Positions 8,143-19,115 of a DNA stretch of 64,000 nucleotides are shown here, piece after piece. Origin of the DNA: Euryarchaeota archaeon UBA552 (GTDB lineage Archaea > Thermoplasmatota > Poseidoniia > Poseidoniales > Thalassarchaeaceae); the NCBI GenBank assembly GCA_002499585.1, contig DAMH01000027.1, positions 63,789 to 127,788 on the forward strand, written 5' to 3'. Position 1 is the first letter of the stretch. Every line of letters starts with the position of its first letter. The notes beneath the pieces were generated by a model, which was not told the DNA's origin, did not search any database, and was given only the letters and a program-made list of their open reading frames with translations. The translations under genes were made by a program, and so were the position numbers.

Positions 8143-9084
8143 ATGGGCGACGATTTTGAAGTAGTCACCGGATCGCTCGGATATTCCGGGAGATGGATAA
8201 CGAAAAGATTGTTAGAAAAGGGGGTCAATGTAAAGACTCTGACTAACGCTGTTGGCCGTGAAAATCCTTTTGGAAACAGAATAGAAATCGCGCCCCTCGA
8301 TTTCAGAGATATTGATAATCTAGCCAAGTCAATGCAAGGTGCGAAGGTACTGTACAATACTTACTGGGTTAGGTACAAGAAAGAAAAACACGGTTACGAC
8401 CATGAAATCGCCACCAGAAATAGTTCTATTTTGTTTGAAGCAGCCGCTATGGCCAATGTTGAGAAAGTCGTTCACTTCAGCGTGTCCAAGGTGAATGATG
8501 CCCCTGATTGGCCTTACTTCAGTGGAAAGGCAAAAACAGAGCAGATCTTGATAAGCTCCGGTCTAAATTATTCAATCCTCAGGCCGACGTTATTTTTCGG
8601 GGGTCAGCGTAATGTTTTGGTGAATAACATAGCATGGATCCTCAGGAAGTCGCCTGTGTTCGGAATATTTGGGACCGGGGACTACAGTGTTCAGCCTATT
8701 CATATCGACGACGTAGCGAAAATATCGATTGATGCTGCTCAAGATGAACGAAACAGTATACTCGAGGTCGCAGGGCCTGAGACTTTCTCATACAGGGAGT
8801 TCGTCAGTTTGATATCCCGTGGAATAGGGGTTCGAAGAATATTCATATCAATCCCGCCTCGAATGGGTTGGCTAGTGGGTAGAGGGATTGGGGCATTCCT
8901 CAGGGACGATGTGATAACTATGGCAGAAATAAATGGTTTAATGCAGGGCCTCATGGCTTCAGACGGTCCTCCGATGGGCTCCACAAAGTTCTCTAATTGG
9001 CTTCTCGAAAATGGTAAGCACTTGGGCACCAGATACAAGAATGATATTTCGGAAAGAAGATATGACGCCCGGCAGCCTAGATGA
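8143..9084 (+). CDS. NAD-dependent epimerase/dehydratase (atypical SDR, NDUFA9-like)
   Basis: VTGSLGYSG Rossmann motif, YFSGKAKTE, LRPTLFFG, QPIHIDDVA, EVAGPE. Confidence 0.85.
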   Translation: MGDDFEVVTGSLGYSGRWITKRLLEKGVNVKTLTNAVGRENPFGNRIEIAPLDFRDIDNLAKSMQGAKVLYNTYWVRYKKEKHGYDHEIATRNSSILFEAAAMANVEKVVHFSVSKVNDAPDWPYFSGKAKTEQILISSGLNYSILRPTLFFGGQRNVLVNNIAWILRKSPVFGIFGTGDYSVQPIHIDDVAKISIDAAQDERNSILEVAGPETFSYREFVSLISRGIGVRRIFISIPPRMGWLVGRGIGAFLRDDVITMAEINGLMQGLMASDGPPMGSTKFSNWLLENGKHLGTRYKNDISERRYDARQPR

Positions 9085-9154
9085 AGGGGTGCCTTTGCAG
9101 CCGAGCGCCTCCTCCCGGGAAGTCCCCCTAGTACCCTTAGGTCGTTTTCTATTT

Positions 9155-9565
9155 TCAGAGTCGCACGGGACGTGTAGCCCCACAGGCCTGGCACTTAAGC
9201 AAGGTCGTTCTGTCTTCCTTGATGAATCTCGTGTCGGGTGCACGACACTGATCGCACAATATGAAGGTCTTCACGTAGGAAACAATCTTTTCTTTGATTC
9301 TCTTGGGAGGTACTCTGCCTTTCAGCAGGATCCTTGTGTTTTCTTGGGTGCCTGAGGTCCCAAGTTCGTTGATTAGAAATTGGTACACATGGTTTGCATC
9401 CCTGTCCATTGAATCGACTATCGATGAGAAGTTACGTAATATTGTCTGGTTGCCCTCCAACAGTATTTCGGGCTCAGGCATTGTCCACCTGGCCCTCTCA
9501 CTGATGTCTTTGGGAATTAGTTCCCTAGCCCTGTCGAGCAGGGACTCATAATCAAATGAGGTCAT
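9155..9565 (-). CDS. eif2b: Translation initiation factor aIF-2 beta subunit
   Basis: YESLLDRA, GNQTILRNF, C-terminal CDQCRAPDT...CQACGA zinc ribbon. Confidence 0.95.
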   Translation of the reverse strand: MTSFDYESLLDRARELIPKDISERARWTMPEPEILLEGNQTILRNFSSIVDSMDRDANHVYQFLINELGTSGTQENTRILLKGRVPPKRIKEKIVSYVKTFILCDQCRAPDTRFIKEDRTTLLKCQACGATRPVRL

Positions 9566-9635
9566 GGCCGGTCGTAGCGCCTTGCCTTTTTCACCTCACC
9601 GGAGAGGATATGGGCAGGATCCGGGTGCGCCGTAC

Positions 9636-10085
9636 ATGGATGTCGCCGTCGAGGTAAAGGTCGTTAGGACGCATGAGGATGCCGTTTTGCCAGAGAAAGG
9701 GTCGGAATATGCAGCGGGATGGGACATCAGAGCAGTAGAGCAAACAGAAGTCACATTTCGAAGTTCCACAATGGTGCCGACGGGGCTCAAAGTTGCAATC
9801 CCAGAAGGATATGAGGGCCAAATAAGGGCCAGATCGTCCCTTGGAAAAAGGGGGCTGATACTACCCCATAGCATTGGCACAATAGATGCTGATTACAGGG
9901 GGGAATTGTTCGTGCTCATGACTTGGATTGGAGAAGGTTCCTCTTACATAATTCAAAAAGGAGAGCGGATAGCGCAAATAGTCATCGCTCCGATTCCGAA
10001 TGTTGAGTTCACAGAGGTTAGTACTGATGGATTAGGAGATACCACTAGGGGTTCCGGCGGTTTTGGATCAACTGGTCGATTCTAG
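9636..10085 (+). CDS. dut: dUTP diphosphatase (trimeric type)
   Basis: Motifs AGWDI, RARSSLG, GTIDADYRGE, GERIAQ, RGSGGFGSTG; probable start ATG 9636. Confidence 0.95.
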   Translation: MDVAVEVKVVRTHEDAVLPEKGSEYAAGWDIRAVEQTEVTFRSSTMVPTGLKVAIPEGYEGQIRARSSLGKRGLILPHSIGTIDADYRGELFVLMTWIGEGSSYIIQKGERIAQIVIAPIPNVEFTEVSTDGLGDTTRGSGGFGSTGRF

Positions 10086-10142
10086 ACGCAAATACACCAT
10101 TATTGACGAAGCATTCTTGTCCCATGGTGTTGGGATAGTATC

Positions 10143-10727
10143 ATGCCCCCACAGTCAATCGATGAACTACGCTCCGCAGTGACTACAATGAAGGCGAAGG
10201 GGCTCAATTCCCAACAAATAGCAGATGAGCTATCATTATCCCAAACTACCATTCAGTGGCTGTCATCGAGTCAACAGCCAATGGAGGATCACCCCGCGGA
10301 CATCAGAGTCGGATGGAGATCAATTGCAGTAAAAGGAGAGAGGATAGAATCTGTTTCCGAAGTTCTTGCGGATATCATGGTAGAAGAAATCGGTACGGAG
10401 GTAGAAACAATAGTAGGGATATCAATCAATGGGATTCCGTTTGCAACCTGCATTGCCGCTGGCATGGACCTAGAACTGAGCGTTGCACGAAGCATCAGCG
10501 AAGAGGAAGGGGGCCACTTATCCGAGGTGTTTGCCGGAGTTGAAGGCAAAAGAGTGGTCGTCATAGATGATGTCGTTTCTTCTGGATTGACTATGAGGAA
10601 GACCATTCAGCGCCTCAGGAATGCTGGGGCAGAGGCCGTCTTGTGTTTGGCGCTCGTCAACAAGACATGGATGGATGACATCGATGGCATCCCCCTGAGA
10701 GCGTTAGTTAGGGCCGCAAGGATATGA
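10143..10727 (+). CDS. gfcR: Orotate-PRTase-like HTH transcriptional regulator (GfcR family)
   Basis: N-terminal HTH (GLNSQQIADELSLSQTTIQWL) plus a PRT domain (VVIDDVVSSG). Confidence 0.85.
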   Translation: MPPQSIDELRSAVTTMKAKGLNSQQIADELSLSQTTIQWLSSSQQPMEDHPADIRVGWRSIAVKGERIESVSEVLADIMVEEIGTEVETIVGISINGIPFATCIAAGMDLELSVARSISEEEGGHLSEVFAGVEGKRVVVIDDVVSSGLTMRKTIQRLRNAGAEAVLCLALVNKTWMDDIDGIPLRALVRAARI

Positions 10728-10739
10728 GAGTGTAGGCAT

Positions 10740-12308
10740 ATGCACTGGGCTGATCACGCGGCTAAATTACTAGCCTCGAGGGGAAATCAACAAACAATCG
10801 CCTCAGGTATAACACCATCAGGTAGCTTCCATATCGGCCACTTGCGCGAGATTCTGTCTGCTGAGATGATTCACAGAAGTTGTCTAGACCTCGGACTCGA
10901 ATCACGTTATATCTTCATAGTTGACAGCATGGATCCTTTGAGAAGAGTTTACTCGTTTCTTGACCAGTCATATGAGAGATACATCGGGCATCCACTCGCA
11001 TTCGTACCTGCACCAAACCAAAACGGCATGCCTGATCCGAAGTTAGGCAATTATTGTGATTTTTTCTTGGGCCCGTTTCTCAAGGCATTAGAGGAAATCG
11101 GGGTAAAACCCCAATTAATCATGAATCATGAGGTCTATTCATCTGGCGTTTTGGAGGATCTGATACACGAAGCGATGTCTCGTCGAGAGGACATAAAGGG
11201 CATAATAGAGTCTATTTCAGGCAGGGAATTAGGATCAGAGTGGTTCCCCTACAATCCACTAAACTCTGATGGCTCGTTTGACAATGTCACAATCATTGAT
11301 TACAATCGCCCATTTGTAAGATGGATAGATGGTAATGGAATTGAAGGTGTTTCAGACATAAGAAAGGCAGACGGGAAAATGCCGTGGAGAGTAGACTGGG
11401 CAGCGAGGTGGGGCCTTCACGGCATTACCTGTGAGCCGGCCGGCAAGGACCATGGTGCATCAGGCGGTTCATATGACACGGCCATTCCGATTTCCAAGAT
11501 TCTCGGTTACGAACCTCCACCCAAAATGGTCTATGAATGGATTCAAATCAAAGGCGGAGGCCCGATGTCAAGTTCTACAGGCAACACAATAGGGCCAATC
11601 GAAGCCCTCAATATAGTTCCACCAGAGATTTTGAGATACCTGATTGCAAGATCGAAGATGTCAAAACACATTGATTTCAACACAGGTAAAATGCTTTTTG
11701 ATATCGCCGACGAATATGAGAGGATCGCTTCATTTCCTCCAACAATAGAACCCGATATGCCCAGGAGGAAGAGAGTAGCGGCAGAAACTTCGTTAGGCGC
11801 ACTGAGGATGAGTCAGAAAAACAGGAATGGAGGAGTTTCTGGGAGCCAAGTTCCCCTACGTCATCTCGCTTTATTGGCTCAGATCAGGAAAGACGATGAT
11901 CAGATATGGGAATCCCTTAGAAACTCGGGCCATATACCTGAACATCCGACAGAGGATCTTGTTTTGAAATTAAAAAGGCTGAGAAATTGGATTGAAAGTG
12001 ATCACTTTCCAACTGATTTCAGGATAGAGGTGACTGATGTTGTTACAGAAAAAATAAGACACTCCCTGTCAAGTTCCCAACTATCTTTTCTAAAAGCGCT
12101 GGGTGATCGGCTCAATGGCGCAGATTGGAATGATGATGCAATCAACTCAGCAATCGCCGTCGCCATTCAGAACTGCGAAACTCGCGTCTCAGACTGCTAT
12201 GAAGCCCTATACACACTGCTGGTTGGCAAGTCAAAGGGGCCAAAAGTATCCACAATGATGGCAGAGTTGGATCAAAAATCAGTCCTATTACTCTTCGATT
12301 CGCTCTAG
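10740..12308 (+). CDS. lysS: Lysyl-tRNA synthetase, class I
   Basis: MHWAD, SGITPSGSFHIGHLRE, KMPWRVDWAARW, EPAGKDH, MSSSTG, GPK. Confidence 0.96.
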   Translation: MHWADHAAKLLASRGNQQTIASGITPSGSFHIGHLREILSAEMIHRSCLDLGLESRYIFIVDSMDPLRRVYSFLDQSYERYIGHPLAFVPAPNQNGMPDPKLGNYCDFFLGPFLKALEEIGVKPQLIMNHEVYSSGVLEDLIHEAMSRREDIKGIIESISGRELGSEWFPYNPLNSDGSFDNVTIIDYNRPFVRWIDGNGIEGVSDIRKADGKMPWRVDWAARWGLHGITCEPAGKDHGASGGSYDTAIPISKILGYEPPPKMVYEWIQIKGGGPMSSSTGNTIGPIEALNIVPPEILRYLIARSKMSKHIDFNTGKMLFDIADEYERIASFPPTIEPDMPRRKRVAAETSLGALRMSQKNRNGGVSGSQVPLRHLALLAQIRKDDDQIWESLRNSGHIPEHPTEDLVLKLKRLRNWIESDHFPTDFRIEVTDVVTEKIRHSLSSSQLSFLKALGDRLNGADWNDDAINSAIAVAIQNCETRVSDCYEALYTLLVGKSKGPKVSTMMAELDQKSVLLLFDSL

Positions 12309-15300
12309 ACGGTTCCTATTGTCAAACTTCGCGGTTCTGGCACACCTTTCCTGAGTTCAGATATAGCCAAAACCTCCATTTTCGCACCTGACAATGTTGT
12401 GACAAACGGAATATTTAGCTCAACCGCCAACCTCCTCATCATGTTTCCATCCAGAACTGCTCCACCTGAGCTCGTGGGCGTGTTGATAATGAGTTGAATT
12501 TTGCCTTGTCTCATCAAATCAAGTGCATCTGGCGACCCCTGTTCAGCGATTCTGTAAGCTGTGTTGACAGGCAATTTTCCAGCCTCTCTGAGGACGTCGG
12601 CAGTTCCTCGTGTTGCGTATAATACGAATCCCAATTTGTCGAGTGATTTTGCCATGTCCATGATTGAGTCTTTGTCCTCGTCTTTCACGGTGAGGTATAC
12701 ACCGCCATGCGTGGGAACCGGAATTTCAGTTGCCATTCTAGCCTTCAGATATGCTGCCGCCGCTGTCTTATGAGAGCCCATGACCTCTCCAGTAGATTTC
12801 ATTTCGGGCCCTGGTGCTGGATCTAGCCCCCTGAGTTTGATGAACGGGAAAACGGGGGCCTTCACAGCAACAGCGTCTACCTGCCTTGCCGGAATTGGAA
12901 GATCTGAAAGCTTGTCTCCCATGGTTATTCTTGCTGCAATTCGTGCAAGAGGTATACCTGTAGACTTGGCTACAAATGGGAATGTCCTAGAGCCACGCGG
13001 GTTTACCTCGAGCACGAAAAGTTCCTTACCTCTTATTGCGAACTGTATATTATAACAGCCGATGATTCCGAGTTCCAAACCGATTGTTTTTGTCCAATCT
13101 TCCACCATTTTCAGCATGTCTTGTGATACATTTTGAGTAGGTATGAAGCAGGTTGAATCCCCGGAATGAATTCCTGCCTCTTCAAGATGCTCCATGATAG
13201 CTCCAATTAGAACGTCGGTTCCATCACACACCGCATCAACGTCCAATTCAATCGCATTACCGAGGTACTCATCCACAAGCAGTGGTTTTTCTGGCGCAAT
13301 AAATGCCTCTTGCATGTATGCCTCAAGCTGTGATTTTCCTGTAAGGACCTCCATCCCACGGCCACCAAGAACATACGATGGCCTGATGAGGACTGGAAAT
13401 CCAATTTCTCCAACTGCCTCTCTGACTTCCGCAGGGCTAATGGCGGTTGCTCCCCTGGGCATCAAAAGATTGTTTTTCGCTGCGAATTTCTCGAATCGAT
13501 ACCTATCACTGGCCTCGTCAATTGAATCAGGAGAAGTCCCTGACATTTTTAGATTGACACCCATATCCTTCAAGTGATTTAGTTGATTTTCTAGTGGGAC
13601 AGCCAGATTGATGGCTGTCTGCCCGCCAAATTGGAGTAAAATCCCGTCTGCATTCTCTCTTAGGAGTATCTCGATAACGGATTCTAGTGTCAGTGGATCA
13701 AAATAAAGCCTATCACTTGTGTCAAAATCCGTAGATACCGTTTCGGGATTGTTGTTAATAATTACGGCCTCATGACCCATGTCCCTTATCGCGCCAACTG
13801 CATGAACGCACCCGTAATCGAATTCAATGCCTTGGCCGATTCTGATAGGTCCTGATCCGATCACGACCATCCTCTTGGATTTGCTATTGTTATTTTTTGC
13901 GACCCTATCAACCCCTTCGAAGGTATTACCGCCTTCATATGTTGAGTAATAGTAAGGGGTAACCGCAGCGAATTCTGCTGCACACGAGTCCACCATTCTG
14001 TAGACAGGATGAATGAGCATACTATGCCGTAATTTGGTTATTTCAATCTGTCCTTCATACAAATTATTTTGGGAAAAATTCGAAATTGCATCGTGGATAT
14101 GAGCGTCTGAAAATCCGAAACCCTTCCAGTTTCTGATTTGAATCGGAGACAGGTCATTAAGATTATTTTTTAACCCAAAATCAATTATTTCCCTCTCAAC
14201 CCGGGCCATTGATTGAAATCTGTGAAGGAACCACCTTGTCACGCCCCCGGTTACCTCTCTGACCCTGTCAATTTCCCAACCTCTCCTGAAGGCTTCAAAC
14301 AACGCCCCCATCCTACGATCTGAAGGGACTGCGAGCCAATCTTCCAGAGTCTTATCGTCGAGGGGTGTTGACGATCTCTGGTCCATTGTTTCCCCACCAG
14401 AAGCATCGGCCATTGTTAGCGGTCTTGGATGAGGATGGCCATACTCCAAACTGGACCATGCCTTCAAAAATGCCTCTTCGAACCTTCGCCCAATAGCCAT
14501 CACCTCCCCAGTGGATTTCATGGAAGTGCCGATGGTTCGGTCTGCTGTCCTAAACTTGTCAAAGGGCCATCTAGGGATTTTTACAACACAATAGTCTAGC
14601 GTCGGCTCGAACGCCGCAGTTGTCCCTTCACCTGTTATTGGATTTGGCAATTCATCCAGAGTATAGCCCACAGCGATCAACGCGGCCATCCTTGCTATTG
14701 GGTATCCTGTCGCTTTTGAGGCAAGAGCAGACGATCTGCTTACTCTTGGATTCACCTCGATAACTCTGTATTCTCCTGTAGATTGCTCTACCGCGAATTG
14801 AACGTTACAACCGCCCTTTATATTCAGCCTCCTGATCAGTTTAAGCGCAGCATCGCGGAGATTCTGGTGATCACGGTCAGACAGTGTTTGTTGAGGAGCG
14901 ACAACTACTGACTCACCTGTATGTACTCCCATTGGATCTAGATTCTCCATTGTACAAACGATGATCGCGTTGTCTGAGGCATCCCTCATCACTTCATATT
15001 CGTGTTCCTGCCAACCCAGTATACTCTCCTCAATCAAAACCTGTCCAATCGACGAGTGCAAAATTCCCTGTCGGGCAATTTCAACTAGTTCACCTGTGTT
15101 AAATGCAGTGCCTCCTCCAAGCCCGCCCAAAGTGAAAGCGGGACGAATCAACAGTGGAAATGAGCCCAACTTGTCTGCAGCTGTCAAAACCTCATCGATC
15201 GAACTACATGCGATAGCTTTGCATACCGGCAAGTCAATTTCCTCGCAGACTTTCTTGAATCGGTCCCTGTCTTCAGCGTCATCAATGGCATCCAGGTCAC

Positions 15301-15652
15301 ACCCTATCAACTCGACGCCCAAGCGGGCCAAGGTGCCGTCGTGAGCGAGTGCTGTGGCAATATTTAGAGCAGTTTGACCGCCCATCCCCGCAAGCAAAGC
15401 ATCAGGGGACTCTATCTCCAAAATTCTAGCAACGACCTCGGGCAATAGGGGTTCGATGTATATCTTGTCAGCCATTTCTGGGTCATTCTGAATCGTCGCA
15501 GGGTTGGAGTTGATTAAAATGACTTCAAATCCGTCATTTCGCAGAGCTCGACAAGCCTGTGAACCAGAGAAATCGAACTCGGCCGCTTGTCCAATCCTGA
15601 TAGGTCCAGACCCTAGGATTACGATCCTTTCGAGATCGTTCCTTCTTGGCAT
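12305..15652 (-). CDS. carB: Carbamoyl-phosphate synthase large subunit
   Basis: Duplicated GSGPIRIGQ halves, two ATP-grasp domains, C-terminal MGS domain. Confidence 0.98.
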   Translation of the reverse strand: MPRRNDLERIVILGSGPIRIGQAAEFDFSGSQACRALRNDGFEVILINSNPATIQNDPEMADKIYIEPLLPEVVARILEIESPDALLAGMGGQTALNIATALAHDGTLARLGVELIGCDLDAIDDAEDRDRFKKVCEEIDLPVCKAIACSSIDEVLTAADKLGSFPLLIRPAFTLGGLGGGTAFNTGELVEIARQGILHSSIGQVLIEESILGWQEHEYEVMRDASDNAIIVCTMENLDPMGVHTGESVVVAPQQTLSDRDHQNLRDAALKLIRRLNIKGGCNVQFAVEQSTGEYRVIEVNPRVSRSSALASKATGYPIARMAALIAVGYTLDELPNPITGEGTTAAFEPTLDYCVVKIPRWPFDKFRTADRTIGTSMKSTGEVMAIGRRFEEAFLKAWSSLEYGHPHPRPLTMADASGGETMDQRSSTPLDDKTLEDWLAVPSDRRMGALFEAFRRGWEIDRVREVTGGVTRWFLHRFQSMARVEREIIDFGLKNNLNDLSPIQIRNWKGFGFSDAHIHDAISNFSQNNLYEGQIEITKLRHSMLIHPVYRMVDSCAAEFAAVTPYYYSTYEGGNTFEGVDRVAKNNNSKSKRMVVIGSGPIRIGQGIEFDYGCVHAVGAIRDMGHEAVIINNNPETVSTDFDTSDRLYFDPLTLESVIEILLRENADGILLQFGGQTAINLAVPLENQLNHLKDMGVNLKMSGTSPDSIDEASDRYRFEKFAAKNNLLMPRGATAISPAEVREAVGEIGFPVLIRPSYVLGGRGMEVLTGKSQLEAYMQEAFIAPEKPLLVDEYLGNAIELDVDAVCDGTDVLIGAIMEHLEEAGIHSGDSTCFIPTQNVSQDMLKMVEDWTKTIGLELGIIGCYNIQFAIRGKELFVLEVNPRGSRTFPFVAKSTGIPLARIAARITMGDKLSDLPIPARQVDAVAVKAPVFPFIKLRGLDPAPGPEMKSTGEVMGSHKTAAAAYLKARMATEIPVPTHGGVYLTVKDEDKDSIMDMAKSLDKLGFVLYATRGTADVLREAGKLPVNTAYRIAEQGSPDALDLMRQGKIQLIINTPTSSGGAVLDGNMMRRLAVELNIPFVTTLSGAKMEVLAISELRKGVPEPRSLTIGTV

Positions 15653-16974
15653 CAGGCCCTACTCCTTAGCTCTTGGTGGGATTTGATGTTGTCATCGACC
15701 GTGGTCGAGAAACGATCAAACAACAATGAGGCGTCATGAGGGCCGGGGCAAGCCTCAGGATGGAATTGGATGGTGAAACATGGCCTGTTAATGAGATCCA
15801 AGCCTTCGACAGTGCCGTCATTCGCGTTGATGTATCTAACTGTAAATTCACTGTTCAATATGTTCTCTCCAGTGTCTGAAAGGGCTCCGGAGGGGTGAGG
15901 AGCCAACATGCCCCGAGATGGATCCTCAACCGCAAAACCATGGTTCTGACTCGTTATGTGAACTTTGTTTGACTGGAGGTCCAACACCGGCTGATTCGCC
16001 CCGCGATGGCCGTACCTGAGTTTGTAGGTTCTCAGACCGGCAGCCAAGCCCATTAGCTGATGTCCCAAGCATATCCCCATGACTGGTAATCCTTGGCGTA
16101 CAGCTCCTGCGAGTGTTTCTTTTGCTTTTCTTGCCGCTCCCGGATGTGCAGGGTCGCCCGGTCCGTTTGAGGCAAAAAGCGCATCTGGAGACCATAAAGT
16201 CATGATATCCTGTAATTCCATGTCTGCTGGACACCACATTACCTCAAACCTATTACATAGCTCTCTGAGAATATTAAATTTGATTCCACAATCCAGAACA
16301 GCTAACTTTCTGAGGGGGCTCCCGGAGGCGGAAAGTGCGCCAGGGTTGATTACGACGGGTTTTGTGATTGTAACCTCTGCCACGAGATCGTTTTTATCCG
16401 GAGGTTCCATCTGGTCCAATAAAACCGACATTTCCTCTTCTTGTTCCGAGGGTCCAAATATAGCCAGCATCGTACCATGTTCCCTCACTTTGCGAGTAAG
16501 TGATCGGGTATCTATATCGCAGATTCCCGGGACGTTATGTGCGGCTAGGAACTCATGTACGCTTCCTATTGAATCACGATGGTCGGGATTCAGCATAAGT
16601 TCCCGACATACAATGCCGCGTGGGTGCAATCCGGACGACTCGCTCATGCCTCTGTGGATGCCATAATTTCCGAGCAAAGGCCATGTGAAGGTCAAGATTT
16701 GTCCTCTGAAAGACGGGTCGGTCATACTTTCTTGATATCCACACATACCCGTAGTGAACACTATTTCTCCTTGGCCTATGCCACAGGATCCGAACAACCT
16801 TCCTTGCATCCTTGTTCCATCTGCCAATAACAGAACTCCAGTAGGCCCGGAGAATGGATCTAGCGACTTGGTATCCACTAACTTGTCGGCTGCATCGGGA
16901 AAGTGGGGAGGGTCTGATACCCCAGATTGGCCCCGGCCCGGACTGAACCCGGCATGGCCCGACTCCTCCGACAT
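15652..16974 (-). CDS. carA: Carbamoyl-phosphate synthase small subunit
   Basis: GEIVFTTGMCGYQE, SNGPGDP, GICLGHQ (catalytic Cys), QNHGF, QFHPEA; about 40-aa N-terminal extension. Confidence 0.97.
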   Translation of the reverse strand: MSEESGHAGFSPGRGQSGVSDPPHFPDAADKLVDTKSLDPFSGPTGVLLLADGTRMQGRLFGSCGIGQGEIVFTTGMCGYQESMTDPSFRGQILTFTWPLLGNYGIHRGMSESSGLHPRGIVCRELMLNPDHRDSIGSVHEFLAAHNVPGICDIDTRSLTRKVREHGTMLAIFGPSEQEEEMSVLLDQMEPPDKNDLVAEVTITKPVVINPGALSASGSPLRKLAVLDCGIKFNILRELCNRFEVMWCPADMELQDIMTLWSPDALFASNGPGDPAHPGAARKAKETLAGAVRQGLPVMGICLGHQLMGLAAGLRTYKLRYGHRGANQPVLDLQSNKVHITSQNHGFAVEDPSRGMLAPHPSGALSDTGENILNSEFTVRYINANDGTVEGLDLINRPCFTIQFHPEACPGPHDASLLFDRFSTTVDDNIKSHQELRSRA

Positions 16975-17019
16975 CGATTATGATGGCTGGATACGATTCT
17001 TATACATTGACAAACAGCC

Positions 17020-17580
17020 CTATTCTCTTTCGATGATTGACTTACCCCTTTCAGATGGTAAAATCTCGATTTGTGGATTGAAAAATTTCCCTTTTGTAGC
17101 CACAGATTTGTGCCACTCATTGAGCGCTATCGCGAGGGCGGCGACCTCGGAGTGTGGTTGATTTCCGACAGAAACGTTGTAATCTGCAATACTAAACAAC
17201 TCCCCTGGGACTTTAGTGCCTCCAACGACGAAGGCAATTGGCCTGTCCCGCCTGATTTTTGGAAATGTTTCCCTGTAGTCTTCTCCGTACATGGTGAGGT
17301 GAACGACAGTTCCGGGTTTGAATTTTCCAGAACCCGACTTAAACGATCTCAGATACTTGATTGGGCTTTTTCCAAAACTCGCGCTGAACGAGCCTCCGAA
17401 CCTTTCAACAACGTCATCAAGAGATTGGATAAGTCCAGGGTCCTCATCACCGAAAACAACTATACTATCGGCTCCGAGAGCTCTTGCAGTCAGCCCCAGA
17501 TGAGAGGTAATCCTCTTGTCTCGATCTATTCTATGTCCGAGTCTTATGACATCCAAGTGAGGCAGCCCTGTGTTATCCAC
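17020..17580 (-). CDS. trm56: tRNA (cytidine(56)-2'-O)-methyltransferase
   Basis: RLGHRIDRDKRITSHLGLTARALGA, VHLTMYG, VVGGTKVP, VGNQPHSEVAALA. Confidence 0.95.
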   Translation of the reverse strand: MDNTGLPHLDVIRLGHRIDRDKRITSHLGLTARALGADSIVVFGDEDPGLIQSLDDVVERFGGSFSASFGKSPIKYLRSFKSGSGKFKPGTVVHLTMYGEDYRETFPKIRRDRPIAFVVGGTKVPGELFSIADYNVSVGNQPHSEVAALAIALNEWHKSVATKGKFFNPQIEILPSERGKSIIERE

Positions 17581-17583
17581 GTG

Positions 17584-18216
17584 CTACGGGATAGGTGATG
17601 ACACATCATCCTCTCCCTCCTTGTACCCCTTGACAACCTCAAAAACATCGAATGGGAGATAGTGGTGCTGACCAAGGACCCATGAGAGCAGAATGGCACT
17701 TATACCGCTCATAACAGCCAGATATGTCAGGAGGGAAAGTACTGCCAGCCTCGCCGTTGCTGCCAAGGCGGTTGTCACCTCATCAATTGAACCGACAACC
17801 AGAAGGCCCATTGGCTCGATTGTGAGGTACGCCACAAGCAATGCTGTACCACCTCCAAACAGTAGGGCACCTGGAGTCCCTCTGTAACTGCCGAATACAA
17901 ATACGGCAGTTGAAAGGAGTACCAAAATTGGGACTACAATGCTTGCCGTGCTGAAATCCAAACCCAATAATGAGTCGGGTATGTCAGAATCCCCTAATTG
18001 TGAGCCGCCCTTGGCCACGGTAATCCACCACACCAATCCAGCCGCCATTGCGTATGCACCGGATAGCAAACCTGCATTTGTCATCAGGCTCCTCATGTGG
18101 TGAGAGTCTGATGGATTATGCCTCAAAACAATAGATTGCATAAGCTCAACGGTCTCTGGCGGAAGCGTACTTTCTCCGGGCTGACCGGCATTGCCCTCTT
18201 CCATCTTGGAGAGCAT
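17584..18216 (-). CDS. Hypothetical multi-pass membrane protein
   Basis: 210-aa ORF with about 4 hydrophobic segments, co-oriented with and 3 nt from trm56. Confidence 0.7.
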   Translation of the reverse strand: MLSKMEEGNAGQPGESTLPPETVELMQSIVLRHNPSDSHHMRSLMTNAGLLSGAYAMAAGLVWWITVAKGGSQLGDSDIPDSLLGLDFSTASIVVPILVLLSTAVFVFGSYRGTPGALLFGGGTALLVAYLTIEPMGLLVVGSIDEVTTALAATARLAVLSLLTYLAVMSGISAILLSWVLGQHHYLPFDVFEVVKGYKEGEDDVSSPIP

Positions 18217-18263
18217 CGCATTCCATCACATCATAAAGCCAACGTCGTTTCCGGGGCCAATGG

Positions 18264-19115
18264 GTGCGTACTTTGGGGGATGAGGCGTTCGCCGGAGGAG
18301 GGGCGTTACCAGCCTTGATGGGCGTAGTAAATGTCACGCCAGACTCATTTTTTCCCAAATCCAGGTCATCCACAATCGATGAGGCGGTAACGAATGGGCT
18401 GAGGATGTTAGACGAGGGTGCGTCCATAATTGACATCGGTGGCGAATCGACGCGACCGGGGGCTGAGCCTGTTGATTCGGAATCTGAGGCTCAGAGAGTA
18501 TTGCCAGTTATCGAAGGCATCCTGAAGGCTCGGCCGGACGCTTTCATTTCGATAGATACCATGAAACCTGATGTGGCTAGGAAAGCTGTCGCTATCGGTT
18601 GTAAAATGATAAATGACGTGTCGGGCGCAGAAAACCCCCAAATGATGAGTTTGGTCGCTTCGACAAACGTCTGGTTGTGTGTGATGCACAAAAAGGGGGA
18701 CCCGGGGACCATGCAAAATTATCCGGTATACGGCAACGTAGTAACCGAGGTCGGAGATTATCTCGCGTCTAGGGTTGCAGACCTGGAATCCAATGGTGTC
18801 GAACCATCCAAAATACTGATCGATCCGGGCATAGGTTTCGGTAAGACGCTTGATCATAATCTTCAGTTGTTGAGGATTGGTAAGGATCTGATCCCTAGGG
18901 ATGATGTAAGAATCCTATGGGGAGTCAGCAGAAAGAGAATGTTTGCCGACCTACTGGGGCGGGAGATGCCCTCAGAAAGATTGGAAGGTACCCTAGGAGT
19001 GGCAGCAACCGCGTTTATGATGGGTATCGATGTTCTCAGGGTCCATGACGTCAAAGAACACAATGATCTCCTAACTTCGATGTTGCATTGTTCAAAGGAT
19101 GTGGTTATCAAATGA
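18264..19115 (+). CDS. folP: Dihydropteroate synthase (bacterial type)
   Basis: MGVVNVTPDSF, IDIGGESTRPGA, INDVSG, IDPGIGFGK, GVSRKR, RVHDV. Confidence 0.96.
   Translation: MRTLGDEAFAGGGALPALMGVVNVTPDSFFPKSRSSTIDEAVTNGLRMLDEGASIIDIGGESTRPGAEPVDSESEAQRVLPVIEGILKARPDAFISIDTMKPDVARKAVAIGCKMINDVSGAENPQMMSLVASTNVWLCVMHKKGDPGTMQNYPVYGNVVTEVGDYLASRVADLESNGVEPSKILIDPGIGFGKTLDHNLQLLRIGKDLIPRDDVRILWGVSRKRMFADLLGREMPSERLEGTLGVAATAFMMGIDVLRVHDVKEHNDLLTSMLHCSKDVVIK

Noticed and set aside
15652-16974. N-terminal extension and small insert in CarA, and an insert in CarB
   Set aside because: Catalytic motifs are intact and such extensions are common; the start codon is uncertain.
16079-17598. Plus-strand ORFs of 195, 135 and 175 aa
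   Set aside because: Antisense to carA and trm56, which have clear family motifs.
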